A DNA stretch of 62,287 nucleotides, filler included, from Nemertoderma westbladi (taxonomy: Eukaryota; Animalia; Xenacoelomorpha): the NCBI GenBank assembly GCA_032718475.1. It is 3 parts of 3 records of this genome, joined end to end, with 100 filler letters (N's around TTAATTAATTAA, not from the genome) between each part and the next. Parts side by side here need not be neighbours in the genome. Positions count along the whole stretch, not along the records: positions 1 to 24,015 come from JAUCBJ010006082.1; positions 24,116 to 52,911 come from JAUCBJ010008964.1; 1 more part is not named here. One strand, given 5' to 3'. A program made the translations under genes and the position numbers. Shown here piece after piece: positions 12,352 through 24,760 of the stretch. How positions within the stretch are numbered: the first letter of the stretch is position 1; every line of letters begins with the position of its first letter. Under the pieces are notes generated by a model. The model was not told where the DNA came from and made no database searches. It worked only from the letters and a program-made list of their open reading frames with translations.

Positions 12352-12655
12352 CAAAATTAATTAGTACAACGATGGACAGATTGATTAGTCTTACTGTCTT
12401 CTGGTCTTAGCTCAATCAGTCAATGTAATACTTGGAATAATTAGCAAAGTTTGCTCCTGGCTTCTGCAGTATCAATTGCAGAAGCCGAACCGAACCGAAA
12501 TTGCCAAACTTCGGCCCGAACCGAACCGAAGCCGAAGCTTCTGTTGAGCCCTAAGAATAACTAACTAAAGAATCAAGTCCACTATTGTATAAACCATGTC
12601 AACCTTTGCGGCTTTAAGGTAAACACTAGAGACTTACAACCTTTAACTACAAAAA

Positions 12656-15600
12656 GTTTTTTGTTTGTTTTGTTTTGTGTTCCTTTATGGCCTTAGGGTC
12701 TGGAAGGTATTTTGGGCTTAATGTCCTGATTCTATATTTTTTTTTTGTAGTTAAAGGTTGTAAGTCTCTAGTGTTTACCTTAAAGTTGATATATACACCC
12801 AACCCCCTGTTAGTCAGTATGTCGGTACATTCAATTATCACATATGAATATAGAGCAGAACTCCGGCATCACTGCATGTTGTTAAATCTTATATAATTTT
12901 TGTACTGTGTGTTTGCTCTAGCAAACTACCAGTTTTCCATTGGTAACATGTTTACTTACCGTAGGCCTATAGGGTTCCAATGTTCTGAGGTCTGAAGTCT
13001 GTTTGGGCTAAGTGGTAACTGAGTTGATGGTGCGATTAATTTAGGTCAATGGTGCAATATAGTTAGGCTTGGCTAATTCCCTGTCCAGCTGACGAGGTGT
13101 CGAGGATTAGCGCGTACTGGTCCTAGACGCCGAAACGCAACCATATTTTTAACAAATTAATTATTTTTGTCTTAGTCCTAACTCTTTCACGGCGACAAAA
13201 ATGTCATATATTTTCTTATAGAATATAGGCTTAGCTTTTGTGCAGTTTAATACCGGTATCATTTAGTGTATGGCGGTTAGGTTTTAGGGTTAGGGTTGCG
13301 ATACATACTTGTATGTGGAGCATGTTATAATATATTTTGTTTGTGTTTTTTGTTTGTTTTGTTTTGTGTTCCTTGATGGCCTTAGGGTCTGGAGTTTTTT
13401 GTTTGTTTTGTTTTGTGTTCCTTTATGGCCTTAGGGTCTGGAAGGTATTTTGGGCTTAATGTCCTGATTCTATATTTTTTTTTTTTGTAGTTAAAGGTTG
13501 TAAGTCTCTAGTGTTTACCTTAAAGTTGATATATACACCCAACCCCCTGTTAGTCAGTATGTCGGTACATTCAATTATCACATATGAATATAGAGCAGAA
13601 CTCCGGCATCACTGCATGTTGTTAAATCTTATATAATTTTTGTACTGTGTGTTTGCTCTAGCAAACTACCAGTTTTCCATTGGTAACATGTTTACTTACC
13701 GTAGGCCTATAGGGTTCCAATGTTCTGAGGTCTGAAGTCTGTTTGGGCTAAGTGGTAACTGAGTTGATGGTGCGATTAATTTAGGTCAATGGTGCAATAT
13801 AGTTAGGCTTGGCTAATTCCCTGTCCAGCTGACGAGGTGTCGAGGATTAGCGCGTACTGGTCCTAGACGCCGAAACGCAACCATATTTTTAACAAATTAA
13901 TTATTTTTGTCTTAGTCCTAACTCTTTCACGGCGACAAAAATGTCATATATTTTCTTATAGAATATAGGCTTAGCTTTTGTGCAGTTTAATACCGGTATC
14001 ATTTAGTGTATGGCGGTTAGGTTTTAGGGTTAGGGTTGCGATACATACTTGTATGTGGAGCATGTTATAATATATTTTGTTTGTGTTTTTTGTTTGTTTT
14101 GTTTTGTGTTCCTTGATGGCCTTAGGGTCTGGAGTTTTTTGTTTGTTTTGTTTTGTGTTCCTTTATGGCCTTAGGGTCTGGAAGGTATTTTGGGCTTAAT
14201 GTCCTGATTCTATATTTTTTTTTTTGTAGTTAAAGGTTGTAAGTCTCTAGTGTTTACCTTAAAGTTGATATATACACCCAACCCCCTGTTAGTCAGTATG
14301 TCGGTACATTCAATTATCACATATGAATATAGAGCAGAACTCCGGCATCACTGCATGTTGTTAAATCTTATATAATTTTTGTACTGTGTGTTTGCTCTAG
14401 CAAACTACCAGTTTTCCATTGGTAACATGTTTACTTACCGTAGGCCTATAGGGTTCCAATGTTCTGAGGTCTGAAGTCTGTTTGGGCTAAGTGGTAACTG
14501 AGTTGATGGTGCGATTAATTTAGGTCAATGGTGCAATATAGTTAGGCTTGGCTAATTCCCTGTCCAGCTGACGAGGTGTCGAGGATTAGCGCGTACTGGT
14601 CCTAGACGCCGAAACGCAACCATATTTTTAACAAATTAATTATTTTTGTCTTAGTCCTAACTCTTTCACGGCGACAAAAATGTCATATATTTTCTTATAG
14701 AATATAGGCTTAGCTTTTGTGCAGTTTAATACCGGTATCATTTAGTGTATGGCGGTTAGGTTTTAGGGTTAGGGTTGCGATACATACTTGTATGTGGAGC
14801 ATGTTATAATATATTTTGTTTGTGTTTTTTGTTTGTTTTGTTTTGTGTTCCTTGATGGCCTTAGGGTCTGGAGTTTTTTGTTTGTTTTGTTTTGTGTTCC
14901 TTTATGGCCTTAGGGTCTGGAAGGTATTTTGGGCTTAATGTCCTGATTCTATATTTTTTTTTTTTGTAGTTAAAGGTTGTAAGTCTCTAGTGTTTACCTT
15001 AAAGTTGATATATACACCCAACCCCCTGTTAGTCAGTATGTCGGTACATTCAATTATCACATATGAATATAGAGCAGAACTCCGGCATCACTGCATGTTG
15101 TTAAATCTTATATAATTTTTGTACTGTGTGTTTGCTCTAGCAAGCTACCAGTTTTCCATTGGTAACATGTTTACTTACCGTAGGCCTATAGGGTTCCAAT
15201 GTTCTGAGGTCTGAAGTCTGTTTGGGCTAAGTGGTAACTGAGTTGATGGTGCGATTAATTTAGGTCAATGGTGCAATATAGTTAGGCTTGGCTAATTCCC
15301 TGTCCAGCTGACGAGGTGTCGAGGATTAGCGCGTACTGGTCCTAGACGCCGAAACGCAACCATATTTTTAACAAATTAATTATTTTTGTCTTAGTCCTAA
15401 CTCTTTCACGGCGACAAAAATGTCATATATTTTCTTATAGAATATAGGCTTAGCTTTTGTGCAGTTTAATACCGGTATCATTTAGTGTATGGCGGTTAGG
15501 TTTTAGGGTTAGGGTTGCGATACATACTTGTATGTGGAGCATGTTATAATATATTTTGTTTGTGTTTTTTGTTTGTTTTGTTTTGTGTTCCTTGATGGCC

Positions 15601-18600
15601 TTAGGGTCTGGAGTTTTTTGTTTGTTTTGTTTTGTGTTCCTTTATGGCCTTAGGGTCTGGAAGGTATTTTGGGCTTAATGTCCTGATTCTATATTTTTTT
15701 TTTTTGTAGTTAAAGGTTGTAAGTCTCTAGTGTTTACCTTAAAGTTGATATATACACCCAACCCCCTGTTAGTCAGTATGTCGGTACATTCAATTATCAC
15801 ATATGAATATAGAGCAGAACTCCGGCATCACTGCATGTTGTTAAATCTTATATAATTTTTGTACTGTGTGTTTGCTCTAGCAAACTACCAGTTTTCCATT
15901 GGTAACATGTTTACTTACCGTAGGCCTATAGGGTTCCAATGTTCTGAGGTCTGAAGTCTGTTTGGGCTAAGTGGTAACTGAGTTGATGGTGCGATTAATT
16001 TAGGTCAATGGTGCAATATAGTTAGGCTTGGCTAATTCCCTGTCCAGCTGACGAGGTGTCGAGGATTAGCGCGTACTGGTCCTAGACGCCGAAACGCAAC
16101 CATATTTTTAACAAATTAATTATTTTTGTCTTAGTCCTAACTCTTTCACGGCGACAAAAATGTCATATATTTTCTTATAGAATATAGGCTTAGCTTTTGT
16201 GCAGTTTAATACCGGTATCATTTAGTGTATGGCGGTTAGGTTTTAGGGTTAGGGTTGCGATACATACTTGTATGTGGAGCATGTTATAATATATTTTGTT
16301 TGTGTTTTTTGTTTGTTTTGTTTTGTGTTCCTTGATGGCCTTAGGGTCTGGAGTTTTTTGTTTGTTTTGTTTTGTGTTCCTTTATGGCCTTAGGGTCTGG
16401 AAGGTATTTTGGGCTTAATGTCCTGATTCTATATTTTTTTTTTGTAGTTAAAGGTTGTAAGTCTCTAGTGTTTACCTTAAAGTTGATATATACACCCAAC
16501 CCCCTGTTAGTCAGTATGTCGGTACATTCAATTATCACATATGAATATAGAGCAGAACTCCGGCATCACTGCATGTTGTTAAATCTTATATAATTTTTGT
16601 ACTGTGTGTTTGCTCTAGCAAACTACCAGTTTTCCATTGGTAACATGTTTACTTACCGTAGGCCTATAGGGTTCCAATGTTCTGAGGTCTGAAGTCTGTT
16701 TGGGCTAAGTGGTAACTGAGTTGATGGTGCGATTAATTTAGGTCAATGGTGCAATATAGTTAGGCTTGGCTAATTCCCTGTCCAGCTGACGAGGTGTCGA
16801 GGATTAGCGCGTACTGGTCCTAGACGCCGAAACGCAACCATATTTTTAACAAATTAATTATTTTTGTCTTAGTCCTAACTCTTTCACGGCGACAAAAATG
16901 TCATATATTTTCTTATAGAATATAGGCTTAGCTTTTGTGCAGTTTAATACCGGTATCATTTAGTGTATGGCGGTTAGGTTTTAGGGTTAGGGTTGCGATA
17001 CATACTTGTATGTGGAGCATGTTATAATATATTTTGTTTGTGTTTTTTGTTTGTTTTGTTTTGTGTTCCTTGATGGCCTTAGGGTCTGGAGTTTTTTGTT
17101 TGTTTTGTTTTGTGTTCCTTTATGGCCTTAGGGTCTGGAAGGTATTTTGGGCTTAATGTCCTGATTCTATATTTTTTTTTTTGTAGTTAAAGGTTGTAAG
17201 TCTCTAGTGTTTACCTTAAAGTTGATATATACACCCAACCCCCTGTTAGTCAGTATGTCGGTACATTCAATTATCACATATGAATATAGAGCAGAACTCC
17301 GGCATCACTGCATGTTGTTAAATCTTATATAATTTTTGTACTGTGTGTTTGCTCTAGCAAACTACCAGTTTTCCATTGGTAACATGTTTACTTACCGTAG
17401 GCCTATAGGGTTCCAATGTTCTGAGGTCTGAAGTCTGTTTGGGCTAAGTGGTAACTGAGTTGATGGTGCGATTAATTTAGGTCAATGGTGCAATATAGTT
17501 AGGCTTGGCTAATTCCCTGTCCAGCTGACGAGGTGTCGAGGATTAGCGCGTACTGGTCCTAGACGCCGAAACGCAACCATATTTTTAACAAATTAATTAT
17601 TTTTGTCTTAGTCCTAACTCTTTCACGGCGACAAAAATGTCATATATTTTCTTATAGAATATAGGCTTAGCTTTTGTGCAGTTTAATACCGGTATCATTT
17701 AGTGTATGGCGGTTAGGTTTTAGGGTTAGGGTTGCGATACATACTTGTATGTGGAGCATGTTATAATATATTTTGTTTGTGTTTTTTGTTTGTTTTGTTT
17801 TGTGTTCCTTGATGGCCTTAGGGTCTGGAGTTTTTTGTTTGTTTTGTTTTGTGTTCCTTTATGGCCTTAGGGTCTGGAAGGTATTTTGGGCTTAATGTCC
17901 TGATTCTATATTTTTTTTTTTGTAGTTAAAGGTTGTAAGTCTCTAGTGTTTACCTTAAAGTTGATATATACACCCAACCCCCTGTTAGTCAGTATGTCGG
18001 TACATTCAATTATCACATATGAATATAGAGCAGAACTCCGGCATCACTGCATGTTGTTAAATCTTATATAATTTTTGTACTGTGTGTTTGCTCTAGCAAA
18101 CTACCAGTTTTCCATTGGTAACATGTTTACTTACCGTAGGCCTATAGGGTTCCAATGTTCTGAGGTCTGAAGTCTGTTTGGGCTAAGTGGTAACTGAGTT
18201 GATGGTGCGATTAATTTAGGTCAATGGTGCAATATAGTTAGGCTTGGCTAATTCCCTGTCCAGCTGACGAGGTGTCGAGGATTAGCGCGTACTGGTCCTA
18301 GACGCCGAAACGCAACCATATTTTTAACAAATTAATTATTTTTGTCTTAGTCCTAACTCTTTCACGGCGACAAAAATGTCATATATTTTCTTATAGAATA
18401 TAGGCTTAGCTTTTGTGCAGTTTAATACCGGTATCATTTAGTGTATGGCGGTTAGGTTTTAGGGTTAGGGTTGCGATACATACTTGTATGTGGAGCATGT
18501 TATAATATATTTTGTTTGTGTTTTTTGTTTGTTTTGTTTTGTGTTCCTTGATGGCCTTAGGGTCTGGAGTTTTTTGTTTGTTTTGTTTTGTGTTCCTTTA

Positions 18601-21600
18601 TGGCCTTAGGGTCTGGAAGGTATTTTGGGCTTAATGTCCTGATTCTATATTTTTTTTTTTTTGTAGTTAAAGGTTGTAAGTCTCTAGTGTTTACCTTAAA
18701 GTTGATATATACACCCAACCCCCTGTTAGTCAGTATGTCGGTACATTCAATTATCACATATGAATATAGAGCAGAACTCCGGCATCACTGCATGTTGTTA
18801 AATCTTATATAATTTTTGTACTGTGTGTTTGCTCTAGCAAACTACCAGTTTTCCATTGGTAACATGTTTACTTACCGTAGGCCTATAGGGTTCCAATGTT
18901 CTGAGGTCTGAAGTCTGTTTGGGCTAAGTGGTAACTGAGTTGATGGTGCGATTAATTTAGGTCAATGGTGCAATATAGTTAGGCTTGGCTAATTCCCTGT
19001 CCAGCTGACGAGGTGTCGAGGATTAGCGCGTACTGGTCCTAGACGCCGAAACGCAACCATATTTTTAACAAATTAATTATTTTTGTCTTAGTCCTAACTC
19101 TTTCACGGCGACAAAAATGTCATATATTTTCTTATAGAATATAGGCTTAGCTTTTGTGCAGTTTAATACCGGTATCATTTAGTGTATGGCGGTTAGGTTT
19201 TAGGGTTAGGGTTGCGATACATACTTGTATGTGGAGCATGTTATAATATATTTTGTTTGTGTTTTTTGTTTGTTTTGTTTTGTGTTCCTTGATGGCCTTA
19301 GGGTCTGGAGTTTTTTGTTTGTTTTGTTTTGTGTTCCTTTATGGCCTTAGGGTCTGGAAGGTATTTTGGGCTTAATGTCCTGATTCTATATTTTTTTTTT
19401 TTTTGTAGTTAAAGGTTGTAAGTCTCTAGTGTTTACCTTAAAGTTGATATATACACCCAACCCCCTGTTAGTCAGTATGTCGGTACATTCAATTATCACA
19501 TATGAATATAGAGCAGAACTCCGGCATCACTGCATGTTGTTAAATCTTATATAATTTTTGTACTGTGTGTTTGCTCTAGCAAACTACCAGTTTTCCATTG
19601 GTAACATGTTTACTTACCGTAGGCCTATAGGGTTCCAATGTTCTGAGGTCTGAAGTCTGTTTGGGCTAAGTGGTAACTGAGTTGATGGTGCGATTAATTT
19701 AGGTCAATGGTGCAATATAGTTAGGCTTGGCTAATTCCCTGTCCAGCTGACGAGGTGTCGAGGATTAGCGCGTACTGGTCCTAGACGCCGAAACGCAACC
19801 ATATTTTTAACAAATTAATTATTTTTGTCTTAGTCCTAACTCTTTCACGGCGACAAAAATGTCATATATTTTCTTATAGAATATAGGCTTAGCTTTTGTG
19901 CAGTTTAATACCGGTATCATTTAGTGTATGGCGGTTAGGTTTTAGGGTTAGGGTTGCGATACATACTTGTATGTGGAGCATGTTATAATATATTTTGTTT
20001 GTGTTTTTTGTTTGTTTTGTTTTGTGTTCCTTGATGGCCTTAGGGTCTGGAGTTTTTTGTTTGTTTTGTTTTGTGTTCCTTTATGGCCTTAGGGTCTGGA
20101 AGGTATTTTGGGCTTAATGTCCTGATTCTATATTTTTTTTTTTGTAGTTAAAGGTTGTAAGTCTCTAGTGTTTACCTTAAAGTTGATATATACACCCAAC
20201 CCCCTGTTAGTCAGTATGTCGGTACATTCAATTATCACATATGAATATAGAGCAGAACTCCGGCATCACTGCATGTTGTTAAATCTTATATAATTTTTGT
20301 ACTGTGTGTTTGCTCTAGCAAACTACCAGTTTTCCATTGGTAACATGTTTACTTACCGTAGGCCTATAGGGTTCCAATGTTCTGAGGTCTGAAGTCTGTT
20401 TGGGCTAAGTGGTAACTGAGTTGATGGTGCGATTAATTTAGGTCAATGGTGCAATATAGTTAGGCTTGGCTAATTCCCTGTCCAGCTGACGAGGTGTCGA
20501 GGATTAGCGCGTACTGGTCCTAGACGCCGAAACGCAACCATATTTTTAACAAATTAATTATTTTTGTCTTAGTCCTAACTCTTTCACGGCGACAAAAATG
20601 TCATATATTTTCTTATAGAATATAGGCTTAGCTTTTGTGCAGTTTAATACCGGTATCATTTAGTGTATGGCGGTTAGGTTTTAGGGTTAGGGTTGCGATA
20701 CATACTTGTATGTGGAGCATGTTATAATATATTTTGTTTGTGTTTTTTGTTTGTTTTGTTTTGTGTTCCTTGATGGCCTTAGGGTCTGGAGTTTTTTGTT
20801 TGTTTTGTTTTGTGTTCCTTTATGGCCTTAGGGTCTGGAAGGTATTTTGGGCTTAATGTCCTGATTCTATATTTTTTTTTTTGTAGTTAAAGGTTGTAAG
20901 TCTCTAGTGTTTACCTTAAAGTTGATATATACACCCAACCCCCTGTTAGTCAGTATGTCGGTACATTCAATTATCACATATGAATATAGAGCAGAACTCC
21001 GGCATCACTGCATGTTGTTAAATCTTATATAATTTTTGTACTGTGTGTTTGCTCTAGCAAACTACCAGTTTTCCATTGGTAACATGTTTACTTACCGTAG
21101 GCCTATAGGGTTCCAATGTTCTGAGGTCTGAAGTCTGTTTGGGCTAAGTGGTAACTGAGTTGATGGTGCGATTAATTTAGGTCAATGGTGCAATATAGTT
21201 AGGCTTGGCTAATTCCCTGTCCAGCTGACGAGGTGTCGAGGATTAGCGCGTACTGGTCCTAGACGCCGAAACGCAACCATATTTTTAACAAATTAATTAT
21301 TTTTGTCTTAGTCCTAACTCTTTCACGGCGACAAAAATGTCATATATTTTCTTATAGAATATAGGCTTAGCTTTTGTGCAGTTTAATACCGGTATCATTT
21401 AGTGTATGGCGGTTAGGTTTTAGGGTTAGGGTTGCGATACATACTTGTATGTGGAGCATGTTATAATATATTTTGTTTGTGTTTTTTGTTTGTTTTGTTT
21501 TGTGTTCCTTGATGGCCTTAGGGTCTGGAGTTTTTTGTTTGTTTTGTTTTGTGTTCCTTTATGGCCTTAGGGTCTGGAAGGTATTTTGGGCTTAATGTCC

Positions 21601-24015
21601 TGATTCTATATTTTTTTTTTGTAGTTAAAGGTTGTAAGTCTCTAGTGTTTACCTTAAAGTTGATATATACACCCAACCCCCTGTTAGTCAGTATGTCGGT
21701 ACATTCAATTATCACATATGAATATAGAGCAGAACTCCGGCATCACTGCATGTTGTTAAATCTTATATAATTTTTGTACTGTGTGTTTGCTCTAGCAAAC
21801 TACCAGTTTTCCATTGGTAACATGTTTACTTACCGTAGGCCTATAGGGTTCCAATGTTCTGAGGTCTGAAGTCTGTTTGGGCTAAGTGGTAACTGAGTTG
21901 ATGGTGCGATTAATTTAGGTCAATGGTGCAATATAGTTAGGCTTGGCTAATTCCCTGTCCAGCTGACGAGGTGTCGAGGATTAGCGCGTACTGGTCCTAG
22001 ACGCCGAAACGCAACCATATTTTTAACAAATTAATTATTTTTGTCTTAGTCCTAACTCTTTCACGGCGACAAAAATGTCATATATTTTCTTATAGAATAT
22101 AGGCTTAGCTTTTGTGCAGTTTAATACCGGTATCATTTAGTGTATGGCGGTTAGGTTTTAGGGTTAGGGTTGCGATACATACTTGTATGTGGAGCATGTT
22201 ATAATATATTTTGTTTGTGTTTTTTGTTTGTTTTGTTTTGTGTTCCTTGATGGCCTTAGGGTCTGGAGTTTTTTGTTTGTTTTGTTTTGTGTTCCTTTAT
22301 GGCCTTAGGGTCTGGAAGGTATTTTGGGCTTAATGTCCTGATTCTATATTTTTTTTTTTGTAGTTAAAGGTTGTAAGTCTCTAGTGTTTACCTTAAAGTT
22401 GATATATACACCCAACCCCCTGTTAGTCAGTATGTCGGTACATTCAATTATCACATATGAATATAGAGCAGAACTCCGGCATCACTGCATGTTGTTAAAT
22501 CTTATATAATTTTTGTACTGTGTGTTTGCTCTAGCAAACTACCAGTTTTCCATTGGTAACATGTTTACTTACCGTAGGCCTATAGGGTTCCAATGTTCTG
22601 AGGTCTGAAGTCTGTTTGGGCTAAGTGGTAACTGAGTTGATGGTGCGATTAATTTAGGTCAATGGTGCAATATAGTTAGGCTTGGCTAATTCCCTGTCCA
22701 GCTGACGAGGTGTCGAGGATTAGCGCGTACTGGTCCTAGACGCCGAAACGCAACCATATTTTTAACAAATTAATTATTTTTGTCTTAGTCCTAACTCTTT
22801 CACGGCGACAAAAATGTCATATATTTTCTTATAGAATATAGGCTTAGCTTTTGTGCAGTTTAATACCGGTATCATTTAGTGTATGGCGGTTAGGTTTTAG
22901 GGTTAGGGTTGCGATACATACTTGTATGTGGAGCATGTTATAATATATTTTGTTTGTGTTTTTTGTTTGTTTTGTTTTGTGTTCCTTGATGGCCTTAGGG
23001 TCTGGAGTTTTTTGTTTGTTTTGTTTTGTGTTCCTTTATGGCCTTAGGGTCTGGAAGGTATTTTGGGCTTAATGTCCTGATTCTATATTTTTTTTTTTTT
23101 TGTAGTTAAAGGTTGTAAGTCTCTAGTGTTTACCTTAAAGTTGATATATACACCCAACCCCCTGTTAGTCAGTATGTCGGTACATTCAATTATCACATAT
23201 GAATATAGAGCAGAACTCCGGCATCACTGCATGTTGTTAAATCTTATATAATTTTTGTACTGTGTGTTTGCTCTAGCAAACTACCAGTTTTCCATTGGTA
23301 ACATGTTTACTTACCGTAGGCCTATAGGGTTCCAATGTTCTGAGGTCTGAAGTCTGTTTGGGCTAAGTGGTAACTGAGTTGATGGTGCGATTAATTTAGG
23401 TCAATGGTGCAATATAGTTAGGCTTGGCTAATTCCCTGTCCAGCTGACGAGGTGTCGAGGATTAGCGCGTACTGGTCCTAGACGCCGAAACGCAACCATA
23501 TTTTTAACAAATTAATTATTTTTGTCTTAGTCCTAACTCTTTCACGGCGACAAAAATGTCATATATTTTCTTATAGAATATAGGCTTAGCTTTTGTGCAG
23601 TTTAATACCGGTATCATTTAGTGTATGGCGGTTAGGTTTTAGGGTTAGGGTTGCGATACATACTTGTATGTGGAGCATGTTATAATATATTTTGTTTGTG
23701 TTTTTTGTTTGTTTTGTTTTGTGTTCCTTGATGGCCTTAGGGTCTGGAGTTTTTTGTTTGTTTTGTTTTGTGTTCCTTTATGGCCTTAGGGTCTGGAAGG
23801 TATTTTGGGCTTAATGTCCTGATTCTATATTTTTTTTTTGTAGTTAAAGGTTGTAAGTCTCTAGTGTTTACCTTAAAGTTGATATATACACCCAACCCCC
23901 TGTTAGTCAGTATGTCGGTACATTCAATTATCACATATGAATATAGAGCAGAACTCCGGCATCACTGCATGTTGTTAAATCTTATATAATTTTTGTACTG
24001 TGTGTTTGCTCTAGC
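12656..24015 (+). repeat. Tandem array of a ~740-bp unit (15 full units plus a partial one, truncated by the gap); hammerhead-containing satellite / retrozyme-like
   Basis: Unit starts at 12656, 13394, 14134, 14873, 15613, 16353, 17091, 17830, 18569, 19310, 20052, 20791, 21530, 22268, 23007, 23749. Lengths of 738-742 reflect one poly-T tract (10-14 T). One substitution noticed (15144). Confidence 0.97.
13085..13138 (+). ncRNA. Hammerhead ribozyme core (first of 15 copies, one per full repeat unit)
   Basis: CUGACGA (13089-95), stem II GGUGUC/GACGCC with canonical G10.1-C11.1, GAAA (13132-35). Arms CCAG and ACGC are complementary to GCGU-A-CUGG at 13112-13120. Confidence 0.7.
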
Positions 24016-24115
24016 NNNNNNNNNNNNNNNNNNNNNNNNNNNNNNNNNNNNNNNNNNNNTTAATTAATTAANNNNNNNNNNNNNNNNNNNNNNNNNNNNN
24101 NNNNNNNNNNNNNNN
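24016..24115. other. Artificial contig spacer (100 bp of N with central TTAATTAATTAA)
   Basis: N-run containing a stop-in-all-frames linker; an identical construct occurs at 52912-53011. Confidence 0.97.
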
Positions 24116-24510
24116 GGTAGTTTTATACATTTTCTCTGTATTACATCTCACTATCCCACCATACCGGATATTAATTAACCTTAATGTGTGCCTTCATACT
24201 AACAAGTCAAAAGATACAATTTATATCTAAATAATAGTAATACTTTCAGTAATCTAGAATATTTCATTAAATTAACTTTTCAAAGAAGAATCTCACAATG
24301 ATGTGCATGGTATCTAGGATCCGGAAGTTCCTCGATATTACAGTTGTTACCTTCTGTGAGCTTAAATATTACATGGAAAGATAGGCTTATTTTACATAAA
24401 TTATAATTATACACAAGTTACTACCTTGTCAGAAAATAGCCAACATCGGTTAATAGTTTCTGTAGTACATACAATATTTAGGTAAACAAACACTTACAAT
24501 TAAACAAATG

Positions 24511-24600
24511 TCAGGGTATCTCAGTTGATTGAGCGCCAAGCAGGATATGTATTGGTTGGAAGTTCGAGCCCTGCCAGGGTCCACTCAGCCTTTCATCCCA
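24511..24600 (+). mobile_element. tRNA-derived SINE 5' fragment
   Basis: A-box-like tatctcagttgattgagcgc and B-box-like gttcgagcc, followed by actcagcctttcatcc, which resembles the conserved central domain of Meta-type SINEs (recalled). Confidence 0.6.
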
Positions 24601-24760
24601 AAAGTATGATAATAATATGATAATATACTTATAGTATGTTATAGTATAATGTGGACAGATGATGAACCACAACACCAATAATTAAAATACTAGTATTAGT
24701 AGTAATATACAAAGCAAAGTTCAATAAAACAATCAGGGATCACGGTTTACATTTCACCAC

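Larger units (their letters stand above)
10217..12553. mobile_element. Non-autonomous hAT element, copy 2
   Basis: Same TIRs and body as 3636-5191; imperfect TSD agaataa(g)c/agaataac. Confidence 0.9.

Noticed and set aside
13283-13297. TTAGGG repeats as a telomere
   Set aside because: Only two perfect copies per unit; not a telomeric tract.
12647-23989. Recurrent 64-74 aa ORFs in the 740-bp units
   Set aside because: Present only when the poly-T length is 10 or 13; no recognisable domain.
12656-24015. Array as CRISPR, rDNA/5S, snRNA or histone cluster
   Set aside because: No repeat-spacer structure, and no recognisable 5S, snRNA, tRNA or histone sequence in the unit.
24060-24071. TTAATTAATTAA palindrome inside N-runs (also 52956-52967)
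   Set aside because: Synthetic contig linker, not biology; linkage across it should not be interpreted.
24511-24585. Functional tRNA gene
   Set aside because: A/B boxes are degenerate, there is no good cloverleaf, and it continues into SINE-like body sequence.
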